From NCBI GenBank assembly GCA_965113315.1, contig OZ220365.1: 64,000 nt of DNA; one strand, written 5' to 3'. This document shows positions 52,597 to 64,000 of the stretch, piece by piece. This DNA comes from Podarcis vaucheri. Its lineage: Eukaryota. Below the pieces are notes generated by a model. That model saw only the letters and a program-made list of their open reading frames with translations, was not told where the DNA came from and made no database searches. The first letter of the stretch is position 1; every line of letters begins with the position of its first letter. The position numbers and the translations under genes were made by a program.

Positions 52597-55247
52597 TAAT
52601 TTGTAAGCTGTAATTTAGCATAATTCTTGACTGCCAGGCGAGATCTGGGGGGGGGGGTGGATCTCCCTAGCCTATGAGTCCTATGGCCTAGGAGTTACTT
52701 ATATAGACCATCCTATAAAAGCTAAATTATACCACAAATCACAATGTGAAATTATATAGTAGAAAAACCCAAATCTGTTAAAAATTTAACAGATATGATG
52801 TCAAGGAGAAGGGTAGAATCATTCTTCTTGATATGTTACTTTTCTAGATGCAGGGAGCTTTTGACATGAGAGATCCTTCAGGCCTTTTTTTGAGATATAT
52901 TATATTCCACCTCTCAGGGGCAAGGGCACATTAGAGGAGGAGCTAGTTTGCAAGATTACTCATTTAGCTCACATGCTGGGAGCATGCTGAGCTTCTCAGC
53001 TGTGGCTGTGTACTCTGCCCACAGGAACCTAGAGAAACCGAAGCCCCACTTCTGTGCTGATGCTGCAGAACTTGACCAGAACACAGTGCCCTCCGTCAAA
53101 TGTCAGATGCCTTATCGTCACCTTTCGTGGTGGTAAAGGTTGAGAATTCTGGAGAAGAAACCAGAAAAGGTCCTATAACACACAAATCATGAAGAGAGTT
53201 TTCTGAATGAGCAGAAGGGCTCCCAGATCTTTCCTCAAGTTCTTTTTGGAAAACATGGCCAGCTCTGATGTTTTGCAGCATCCCCCCCCCCTTTGTAGGT
53301 AGTAGCAACCACTCTGTAAATTAGTGAAGGAGAAAAGACAGAGTTTTCTCTGTTCCTCTGCCAGAAGATCAAAGATTGCCATGTAAACAAGCAGCTCAAA
53401 TATCGAAAGCCCTTGCCTGTTCAACCATTTGTTCCAAATTTACTGCCATACTTGAACACTGATTTTGAGCAACATATGGAAATATTGGGCTATAACTGGA
53501 ATACTCTTATGTGTCTTTTCTTAGAAAAAGAAGAATTTTCAAAATCAGAATGAGGCAGTGCTACATGCCATTATAGTTATTTCTTGAGATACTGTGTTGT
53601 CAAAGGCCTTTAAGAAATGTGGACTTGAGTGGCAAGAGCCCTATTCAGTAGGAACTGATCCATCCATTTTGGCTCTCTCCGTTTCTCATTTTTCCCATCT
53701 AAAATTCTGCTCTCTGCATTTCTTCAGAAATTTGCTTATTTTTAAAATCCTCATGAAATTTATCAACAAATAATGCGAATGACTCCTAATGAACATTTTT
53801 TTTGTATGCATTTTTGAATATTGTACAGATTTTTGCAAGCATTTTCTCCAGTGTTTATTTTTACAAACATATTCATTCTTCTTTAGAATGTGTATGTGTG
53901 TGAGAGTGAGTGAGTGAATGAGAGCAGAAGTTGGCAAATTATTCATATTTGCCTAAATCTAATGGAGCTTATTGTGTATTGGGTAAGATCACCTATCCAA
54001 AGGTACTGTAAGTAGGCTGCCCAAGCTTTATTACTGTGAACAATCTGGAAAGAATCCCTCATAACCTCTGATTTACCAAGGTTAGTATCTTAAGGTCTCA
54101 TTGTGGCCTTTTGCAAGCAGAATTAATAGTTAATAATGGACCTGCTGCCAAACTTTAATTAAATCCCGGATACAGACATCACAAGGCAATAAGATCTCCC
54201 TGCTGTATGTTCATCTTAAAGTTCTTCTTAGAGGCTTAAGTATTTTAAGGAAACCTTCAAGTTAAAGAATTATCTAACTTGGTGTATTACTCTCTGAGGA
54301 GGAATTGCTCAAATTTAAGGTTTCAGTCATTGGATAGTAAGGCAATTGATATCAAATAAATTTGTGATGTGGTCTACAAATACAGTTTGTTATATGATAC
54401 TTTGGATCATTATGGATTTGCACCATTATTTCAACCACTGTTCCTTGTATATAAGCTTTGAATACCTGACCTGTTGCATATTGTTATAGGACTCGGGTTG
54501 GGCAAGATGCCTTCTGGGATCCTTTCAAACCCAGTGACTAGTTGCTAAACTAGAGCCTGGAGAATAGGAAGTCTACTGCACAAAATTAAATAAGATCAGG
54601 AGGGAAGGGGGGGAGCAAACTTCTGATCTCACTTTCAAATATCATACAATGGCCAGTTGGAATGGTGGAAACAGTTCAAGAAAAGGGAGAACCAAAAGCT
54701 GCTGATCTCTCAGCAGAGCTGCTGGAGTGGCCCTGCTTCCCTTTTCTCTCCACTGTAGGCCTGTGTAGCAGCTGCTGCCAGGTAACACTTGAGAGAAGGG
54801 AGGAGTTCCATATGAATCAGTCCCTAAAGATCATTGAAGTAAAGAAACAGCCTCATCTTAAGTCTGAAGAATTGTATCTCTCAAATGACTCCATGACAAG
54901 ATTGATGAGCTCAGTGCCCACTTTAAATTATGAATGACAGGGTAGATAAAGTAAGCTTGTTTTAAGAAAATGTTAAGGCCATTATTTGAATAACACGGGT
55001 GTTTCCTACACAAAACACATAACATGTGGATGTCATATATACATGAAAATCTAGGTTGTGGCTATATGTCATCTGTCATGCAAGAAACAACTGTGTTTCC
55101 TACAAATGTTGTATTCTTTAGAGCTGCTGTCATTCAGCATCCCTCTGTGTGTATCATCATCATCTGAGTTAATTTATCTTAGGAAACTTATTTGGAATAC
55201 ATCAGCTTGATTGTGGTTATGGCTTTGGAATCAGCCTGTAGGAGAAT

Positions 55248-55256
55248 CTATCTGTC

Positions 55257-55301
<45 letters not shown>

Positions 55302-55305
55302 CTAT
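55248..55305. repeat. (TATC)n microsatellite
   Basis: Direct reading. Confidence 0.95.
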
Positions 55306-55970
55306 CATCTCTTTCATTTGTGTTCCTCTTTGGCATGTGGAATTCCCAGGGTGAGCACAAAACAGTGTAGCACTGAAGACTCACTCATTGAACACTGATA
55401 GTTTGTTCTGTTTACCTTTAGAACCAAAGAAATAATTCTCTGTCCCTAAATATTTCAATTTTGCATAATATCACCCTATTTTGCTTTTGTATTTTGGTTG
55501 CTGGTCAGCCACCCAGTCCTGTCAGTCGAAATTCCTAATTCATTCTTAGAGATTGGGTAGCATGCCTTCATTGTAAGCACAGACCATAACTTTGACCTCA
55601 AGCTGGTCCTTGTGCTTTTCAGAATGTTGTTTATGAGCAATAAACAATATACACAGCATTTCAAGTAAAAGTAAAAGTGATGGGGTTGGTTGGAAATGCT
55701 GGACCATCACAAACAAGAGCAGACAATCAAAAAGAATCCATCAAGACCTTGCCAGCTATAGATAGAACCTGAGATGCCCTGTTAATTGCTTCTGTCAAAC
55801 TTCCCTCCTTTGGACTTATATATCTTAATAATCTTGCATCTTTCAAGTCCAGTGGGATCTTCTCTTCTCTCCAGATTAGAGCTAACAGCTTGCAGAGACA
55901 TTCAATGAGAGCTCTGCAACCAATCTTATGTAAATCTCTACAGGATTGCCATCTGGCCTTGATATCTTAC

Positions 55971-56055
55971 CATCTTTCATAGCCCTCACGACGGCATCTT
56001 TTTCTCTGATGGTTAGCAGAGCTTTTGAGATGAAGTGGATCTTACTAAATCCAGA
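55971..56055 (-). CDS. Candidate isolated internal coding exon (85 nt), gene unidentified
   Basis: Minus strand TTTGCTGCTTCTTGTAG|TCTGGA...AAAGATG|GTAAGA; one open frame, SGFSKIHFISKALLTIREKDAVVRAMKD; non-repetitive, CpGs retained. Confidence 0.35.
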
Positions 56056-56566
56056 CTACAAGAAGCAGCAAATCTCAAACTTCACATTTTTTGTGGCAAA
56101 TGTAGAGCCACACAGAAGACTGCATGGAGTCATGAATGATAGTCCCTTATGGATGAGTAACACTGGACATTTTGCTTGATTTATCTTCACTAATAAATGC
56201 CAAATGGTCACCCAAAATGTATAAATGAAATGCAGAAGCAAATGGAGATTCAAAAATCCAGCTGTGCTTGTAATCTTCATACTTAAAGCATCAAGCCTAA
56301 TTCTTGATCAGGGAACAGAGGAGCTGAATGGAGAGGTGGCACCACGGTTGTATCTGGATCCCTTCCACTTGTACCAGCCAAGGTGGAAGTTGGTAGAAGG
56401 TGAACGCTCCAGCAGAAAGGCCAAGATTGAGCCTCTCATGTTAGATCAGCTTAGTATCTAGTGGATCCATAGCCAGTCCAGCTCTGCCTGCCAGCCCACA
56501 CTGTTGACACGTAGAGTGGGACACCCCATTGTGGCAGAACCCAGTGGAGACAGGAGGCAGGAAGTA

Positions 56567-56735
56567 CCGTATTTTTCGCTCTATAACACGCACCCAACCA
56601 TAACACGCACGTAGTTTTTAGAGGAGGAAAATCCGTAGGCATGCCACCCATAGGCATTCCCTCCATAACACGCACAGACATTTCCCCTTACTTTCTAGGA
56701 GGAAAAAAGTGAGTGTTATGGTGCAAAAAATACGG
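56567..56735. mobile_element. Tc2/mariner-like MITE
   Basis: TA-CCGTATTTTT ... AAAAATACGG-TA TIRs with TA TSD; sub-terminal ATAACACGCAC x3 plus one inverted copy. Confidence 0.85.
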
Positions 56736-57989
56736 TAATTTTCTTATCCTACCACCACCACCACAGCAGCAGTACAGATCGTGGATTTAGATTGCTTTGT
56801 TATTGTTTCAATTTAGGGAGGAAAAACCTAACTTTGCATATCTACTGAGGGCATCTGAGCTGGTTCCCCATCACTGACCTAAACATTCATGTTCTGGAAG
56901 CACTTACTGACTGAACATGGGACAGCAGTCTACAGTCACATGGGCATGTATTCTGAGCCAGCATAGTAACAGTGATGAAAAAAAGAGGGAGAGCTAAAAA
57001 TGAGCACATTACCCCTGGGAAGAGATATCTGGTACTGTGCTCAGTGTGGAGCATTGGTAGCTTATGCATAGACATATGCATAAGCTACCAGTGGCACAGA
57101 CATTTTCTGTGGCACAGACAGCTCAAACACATAGAAAATAGATAGTATTACAGATTTTAGTGTTAAGGAAGAGGGGTGGGATTAGAACAATGACATATTT
57201 ACAGTTGCCTTAGGAATCAAAATAAAACTGGCAAACTTCAGAATATTTATAGATTACCGAACATAACAGAGGTAATGTTTAGCTGTCATATTTTTCAATT
57301 TTCAGCTGTTAGGGACAAAAGCTAGAGATTTCACAGTACTGCTCCAAGATATCTTCATTATAAAGGGGATTTTTTTCCAGTCTGTCTATTGTTTTTTGAA
57401 GTATTCCATTTTCTGCACTTCCAATTTAACACCCCACTATTCATTTATCACTGTAGGGCATCGTGGACAGCTGCAAACTAAAGATTCAATGGGATATTGG
57501 CAGGCGCTTCTCCCAGAAATTTAATTTTGCCCCAGGATACAGCTACAGACTAATTTTGCCTAATGAGCAAATGCACTAGAAGTTGGGTGTTTGTTTTGTG
57601 GTTTGCTCTTGTTGATCTCCCCAGTAATACTATGCAAATCCTTTGCTTGACATCATAATTTGCTTTTTTAAAAAAAACATTTCATTTTATTCCTTCAGCT
57701 AGATCTAAGTAGCTTTGAAAATGGGACCACAACTCCCTTTCTTCTTTCATGCTGTTCAGTTTTTGTAAAAATTAGGTTGGTGCTACAAATTAGAATTCAG
57801 GCAAGTTTTTCCTGTGACATAAAATATGAACAAAATTCACATGCATATAGTCTGGGAGCCCTGCTCCATGTGGATATGGTCCGGTGTGATTACACAAAAA
57901 AAGATGGAGTATTCTATGTTTAATAGTAAAATGGGGTGTATGGCTGAGGAGTACAGAAAGCTCACTGCTTGTCCCTCATACATACAAGA

Positions 57990-58506
57990 GTGACCTGTTT
58001 CCCCACAACTCCTCTCCAGTAGTGACAGGAGTTTTTTCTAATTGGCAAATTGGCACCAGCCTCTTGGTTTTTTTCGTCTACCTCGTAGCAATCGTCACAA
58101 CTTTCTTGGTATATGGCGGTTAGGTATTGGAATGTGGTGTTGATGTATGGAAGGGCAAGGTGTGGCCATTGCCTACCCCTTCACTTATGGGTATTCCGTT
58201 AAAGGAATCTGGTGGTCGTGGATCCTGTCTGATGCCCTGTGGCGGAGGGCCATGGCACGACCCTCGGTGACATCAGGGGGGAGCTTATAGTTGTATTTGC
58301 ATCAAAAGGCTCCCCCTACTGGTGGTTAACCCCTCATCAGGCTCATCCCTCTAGGAGTGGGTGGAGTCAAATTTGCTGTGGTCCAATGCCTAAGCCAATA
58401 CCTTCTCACATGCTGTAATCAATAAAGTTGTGACCTTTTCTAACCTAATATACTATGTCCACGTGTCTTCATTCCCCCAAGCGGGGATTGGGTCCTCGAA
58501 TCACAA
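57990..58506 (+). mobile_element. Non-coding retroelement terminal segment, copy C (older; 5' limit uncertain)
   Basis: CAGGAGTTTTTT..TTTTTTTCGTCT..CGTAGCAATCGTCACAACTTT and AATAAAGTTGTGACC (58421); ends ..TCACAA. Confidence 0.65.
58023..58083 (+). ncRNA. Degenerate ENE-like hairpin (copy C)
   Basis: AG-U6 / U7-CG internal loop; upper stem CUAA/UUGG plus GGC/GCC; lower stem only 4 of 7 paired. Confidence 0.4.
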
Positions 58507-61104
58507 TCTGCCAGCTTTTGGTTATTCTCTTCTGAACTCCCATATTCCTTTTCTGCTGTCCCCATCAGTTCTCTCAAACTTTCCTGGTAGTAGGAAGGAG
58601 AATCCTCAGCAGCAAAATCTCTCCCCACCCCTTGTCTCTTTTTTCTGGAGGTTTCTCCCTAGTGTTTCCTTTTTAGCACCCGTGATGCTGTAGCAGGAGA
58701 GGACCTGGTGCAATGCAGAGCTCAAGGCCTCCATAAGAAACAGGAAAAAGTGGGAAAAGGCAGAGGCCTCCTAACAGGATAGATAATCTGCAATCGTCAA
58801 TGATGCTGCTGCACATTCTGTGCCATCAGTCAGTTGAGAACAAGTCAAGGTAAGGGGACAGCAATGGAGAAAGGAATGGGTTGCAACTATGAAGGGTAGA
58901 CCCTAATGAGAACATAGCATGAGACCTGCTGAATCAGACCAAAGGCCCATCCAGTCTAGCATTCTGTTCTTTATAGTGGTCAACCAGAAGCCACAGCAGA
59001 TGCTGCAATTCTCCAACGCTTTGACTTTACCCCCAAAGGCACACTCTTCCATTGTCTCTTGAGACAGACAAATGGCAACAATGTTTTAATGCACAAAGTA
59101 AAACTAAGTCGGCCCTAACTTGCATCCTTCATAAATCATACATAAACAGATTGTCAAAGCTTCTTCCTGTCCTGCTAAGTATATTTCCTATTCCTTTCTT
59201 TGCAAATAGAAGCAAGCCCTGGAATGTTCACTTCATGATGAGTTATTGAAATAGCTATCATAAATTACACGTGAAAGCTGAACATTTCTAAGTATACCAT
59301 GACTGTACTCCCCAAAACACTTGTTCTTCTGCTGCGGCATTTGCACCAATCTAAAATATCATCCTTCAGCATTTAAAAGCTACAGGGGAAGTCCACAATA
59401 GTCTTCTTTAGCTTCACAACTACAGTACTTACTTGTTGATAAAATTGTATCCAGCAGCCTGTCAAAAGGAATTGCATATGTAATCCATTTGTCAGTTATT
59501 TTATAATGTATTATTTCAAGGCTATCAAATTGACAAGATTGAAGAATATTTTCCCCTTTTTTCTGCATCCACACCAGGGATGGGGAACCTTTGGCTCTCC
59601 AGATTGCTGAACTTCAACTCCCCTCATCTCTGGTCATTGGCCATGCTTGCTTGGGTTGGTGGGAGTTCAAGTTCAGGCACATCGAGTTCCAAGATTCCTC
59701 ATCCCTGAGGTAGGCTGTAACATTCCAGACATTTCTAGAAGGATCAGTACCAGCACCCTTTGGAGTCAGGGATTATGGGAAATGTAGTCTAAGAATATCT
59801 GAAGGACCAAAGGCTTCCCATTCCTAATATACAGAAAATTCCAGAAAACACTAACCACATAATCAAAAGCCTGATCCACTTTCGTCCACTATAATATAGC
59901 TAAAACTTGGATGAGCATATTTTGTAAGAGATAAGGATACAAAAGAACCATGATGATCCTGATTCCCTTTGGCCTTAGTACTTTAAACAGACCCATAATG
60001 GGATACAGGTTTTTATTTATGTGCTGTAAAAAAGCTGTAAAAGCTGTAAATAATCAATTATTCCTATGTTTTCAGCCTTCATAAAAATTGATGTGCATTC
60101 CTTCTGCAATAAAATCAGCATAACATGCTGGACTAAAGTAACCACATGAGTAAATACTTGGTTGGCCTGGGGCCTAATTAGCAATTGTTTCCCTTACCTA
60201 AGCTGGCTCACATCACTTCACTTAACATTCAGTGCTCTTCTCAAGAGGCCATTGAAAACTGGGACATGAGTCCATCAGGGAGAGAATTCTGTCAAAGTCC
60301 TCACACTCTTGCATCTTACTAATAGCACAGCCTTGCCTATTCATTGGTACCTGTCATGATGAGGAGTTACATTAAGTTTATTAATTACCAATTGTAATTG
60401 ATGCTCAGAAGAAGTTTACTACCGAGGGGAGAAATCTCAAACAGCTCCTTTGTTCTACGAAAACATATAAATATGAGAGGAATACGGTAGGTCATAGTTC
60501 AAGAAAATATATGCAGGTGATTGATTGAAAAGGGCTATTAGACACTTCATAATTTTATGCTTTTAGGTCAAAGCCTTTATCAAAATGGATTTTTAAAAAG
60601 CTAGGGACAATGTTTGACAAGAAAAGCCAACCCAAATGATAAAAGGTTCTAGCACCTTGTTTTCCAGGAAAGGAAGGCTAAAGTACTGGGGAATTTTTGT
60701 GCACGGGGGGGGGGGGAGACCAGCAATGAGGGAGGACATGACAGACAGACATTTATAAAATAATCCATGATTTGGGAAAAGTAGACAAAAAATGCTCTTT
60801 ATCTTCCATAGTATTAGAACTTGGAGGTCACACATTGAAACTGATTGCCTGTAGATTCTGAACTGACAAAGGAAAGTCTTTATCACACAACACACAATGA
60901 AATTATGGAAGTCTCTGTGACGCAGTGCGATAGCCATGGTACTGTGGTAATGGCTTAAACATATTCCTGGCAATAGTTACTAACTACAAGAGAAATATAT
61001 ATCACTGGGCTAAATATGCATATACGTCTTCAGTTCATAGCACTGAATTATATTGGAATAGATCCCCACCCCCCACCCCCAGAAATGTTGTAATTTGCAA
61101 TATC

Positions 61105-61410
61105 ATCATCAATCTTTATTACGGTCCAGAGACCCAACAAAACATTACAAATTAATACAGAGTTCATGCCGTCTACCTCCAGGTTAATCAAGCACTTTGT
61201 TTGGAATATAGGGCTCGTTTGTTCTTGTAACCACTGATAAAAACTTTGCCACTGCCAACGTTCTAGCTTTTGTCCGGTCTTCCAGTAGGAACCTGACATA
61301 GTGAGCCTCTGACTTTCCCAGGAAAGGCACCAGCAAGGGTAGTATCAGTTCAGCCCTGGCCTGCTCATACTTCGCACAATGTAACAAAATATGATCTATG
61401 GAATCAATAT
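61105..61410 (-). mobile_element. Non-LTR retrotransposon 3' end (RTE-X-like)
   Basis: DSIDHILLHCAKYEQAR, a C-terminal zinc-knuckle-type motif; ends GACCGTAATAAAGATT(GAT)n; similar terminus on the + strand at about 43600-43632. Confidence 0.65.
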
Positions 61411-61609
61411 AAAGGTATAAAATCAGCACTGTAATATAAATTTATTTCATGGGTAACTGCAGTTTAGTATAACATGGTCTTTTTTTAAATTTAGTTTAGA
61501 TATTATTTATGGTTTTTGAAGTTATTTAATGATTAGGAAGGAAAATTATACATAATAAGTTAAAAATTGCAATCTATTTTTAGGTTTTCATAGCAAGGAG
61601 GAAAAGCCA

Positions 61610-61641
<32 letters not shown>

Positions 61642-63937
61642 CATCATTTTCTCAGTTCCTCTATTTACTCTAGTTCCTCATTCCCCCCTACTTCTTTCAA
61701 TGATTCCCTCTGTAGCTATGTCCATGAAATCTCTTGCAACTTCATAATTCTACTAGACTGGAGCAGACCTGGCTAAGTAAAGACCTAGTAGTAAAAAGTA
61801 TCATTTCAAAAGGCTGTTACTTGGCACCTATGCTATTAAACTTTTTAATGAATTGCTCAGCAGAAGCAGAGATTGGGGTGAGGGTGGGGATCTTCAAAGA
61901 AATAAAGTCTCTCCATTCTGATACAAAGTGAAACTTGCTACAAAATGGCACACAGCCTTTAATTATTGGCAGCTCTGAATTTTAAATCCATACGCCATAT
62001 TCTATGAATTGTACAGCTACCACCGCATGTCCTGCAAATTCTGCAAGTGAAAAGGGCGCGTTTTACAGTCAAGTCCAATAACGCTTGGAAGGCCAGCTGG
62101 CAGCCCACGATTACAGACACATTTCCAATCTCATGACTATTTTTCTCTTGAATCACCTGAAGAAGACAGGGGACATGGGAGTCATGATGTGCGGTACAAT
62201 AAAGGGGACTGCCAAGTGGGCAGCCCCAGTTGATGCAGCAAATGGGCTTTCAGAATATAATTATTAGTGGATGTCAGTTATGGAATTAGATGTTGTGCCC
62301 TGGGTGGCTCCTTGGGTCTCCATGGCTCCATCTGATGTGAAGAACAGAGTTCTGAATGGACATTTTGTTCTCTGGGTCCTTGGCATTCCGAAATTATTTA
62401 AAGGCACTAAATCTTAAACACATATACCTAGAAGAAAGACACACTGAATTCACTGAGACTTTCTTCCAAACAAACATGCATGGGATCAGGCTGCAGGAGT
62501 CAGAAAGCTTGTGCTAACAGCAGAAGCAGGGAAGTCTTAAAGCTGTCCTTAGCTGATAAAATTTGGTTATGTTGAGGGCACTGTTGGACAAACATCTTTG
62601 TCTTCCCATGGTTGTCACTGCAGGCAATGCTCCTTTTAAATATTCTTGAGAATGTCAGAGGAATAGAATCATTCACCAGAAATAGAGCAGAAATTCTTGT
62701 TTGGGAGAGTTTCCCTTCCAGAATCCTTGCCAGTCATTCCTGCTTCAGTTTCCACAGGACTGTGATTCTTGTTATTGTTATTTCATTGTTATTCCATGCT
62801 TCTAGAGCATTATAGGCAGATTAGATCTAGAAATATCTAGAAGATATACAAAGAGATAACCTAAAATTAAATTATTTTTTTTAATATAAACTGTGCACTA
62901 AAACACAGCCAATGCAGGCACTGTACAAAACTAGTCCTATGACCCCATGGAGGGCTACTGAGGCACAGCCCTCTCAGTGAGAATTTTAGACAATTTTTAA
63001 ACATCCCACCCAATGTCACACATTCTTTCCCTTACCACAAACGTTTTATACTTCTGTGTTAACTCAGAGAAGCCCTGCAAACATTTCCGTCAATCTACTG
63101 TTCTCTGGCCAATCAGGTCTCTCTGGCACTTAGCCAAACCTACTTCACCTGTGGTTAGGAGGGCTGTGCAAAATCTCAGCATTGGCCTATTGGGCTTTTT
63201 TCTTAAAAGCCTCACCTCAAACACAACCTTTGTAATTAGCAGGAAGAAGGTGGTGGCTGCTAGTTTGAGTAATGCTGGGCTTGTTTGTTTGTTTGTTTTT
63301 AAATATTTGTTAAGAGAGAGCAACAATGGACAGAGTATGTGAGTATGTGAGTATCTTTCTCTCAATATCTGATCCTTTCCCTTAATAATTTGTGTTTATA
63401 TTTTTGTGACTGGAGAAGGGAGATTGTGAGGAGAAATGGTAGGTGGCTTCTGTGCGTGGTGCAAATTTCAATACTTGTGTGTGTTTGTGCAGTCTTGGAG
63501 AGAAGTACGGAAGTATTGCATTCCTATTTTTATTCAGGATTAAAACTGCTGTTTCGGCTACTGTGAGAAAAGGAGCTATGCTTGGTGGGCCTCTGGCATG
63601 ATTCAGCTGGCTCTTCTACGGTGGGGGTCAAAAGCTATATACTAGATAATATTCAGAATGCATATTTTTTTTCCTGTCCACTTGATCCTCAGTCTGCGTT
63701 TCAAAAAAGAGTGGGGTGCATATAATTTCAGCATGACACAGGATTGTGAAATACATTATTCTTAATAATTCACCCTACATCATAAATTTTTTTTACCATG
63801 TTTAGTATATAACAAGTCAATCCTGGAGCTCCTTGACTTGCACATGGGTTTTTGTTTTTTATATATAAAAAAAGATTTCCCCTTTAAGCAACCTTCCCCT
63901 GATCCCCTTCCCAAGATCAGGAGGCCACTGGGCCACC

Positions 63938-64000
63938 CAGTGGCGTAGCGTGGGGGGTGCAGGGGGGCCCGGCCGCACCGGCCGCAGCATCTGGGGGTTA
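63938..64000 (+). mobile_element. Start of a GC-rich MITE-like DNA element, runs off window end
   Basis: CAGTGGCGTAGCGTGGGGGG terminus and an abrupt GC/CpG rise. Confidence 0.5.

Noticed and set aside
1-64000. CRISPR arrays, operons or other prokaryotic systems
   Set aside because: The sequence is vertebrate repeat-rich DNA; no repeat-spacer array or gene-dense organisation is present

Overview
Vertebrate, repeat-rich, apparently intronic or intergenic DNA from a squamate reptile, most likely a lacertid lizard (inferred from Sauria SINEs, a Squam3-type SINE, BovB and squamate-type L2/L1 copies). No host protein-coding gene can be identified with confidence; there is one plausible isolated minus-strand exon. 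Nearly all long ORFs come from transposable elements: L2, BovB, L1, RTE-X-like and CR1 fragments, SINEs, Tc1/mariner-type MITEs and several solo LTRs. The most notable signal is a family of three diverged non-coding retroelement-end copies (16372-17200 -, 18509-19295 -, about 57990-58506 +). Each carries a U-rich internal-loop hairpin resembling an ENE (poly(A)-protecting triple-helix element), with compensatory stem changes, 329-337 nt upstream of AATAAA. Covarying long-range helices would fold the polyadenylation site back next to that hairpin. Second is a young solo LTR (perfect GGTGT TSD) whose U3 side is an uninterrupted reading frame of about 210 codons. All family assignments are from motif recognition by eye, not from database searches.
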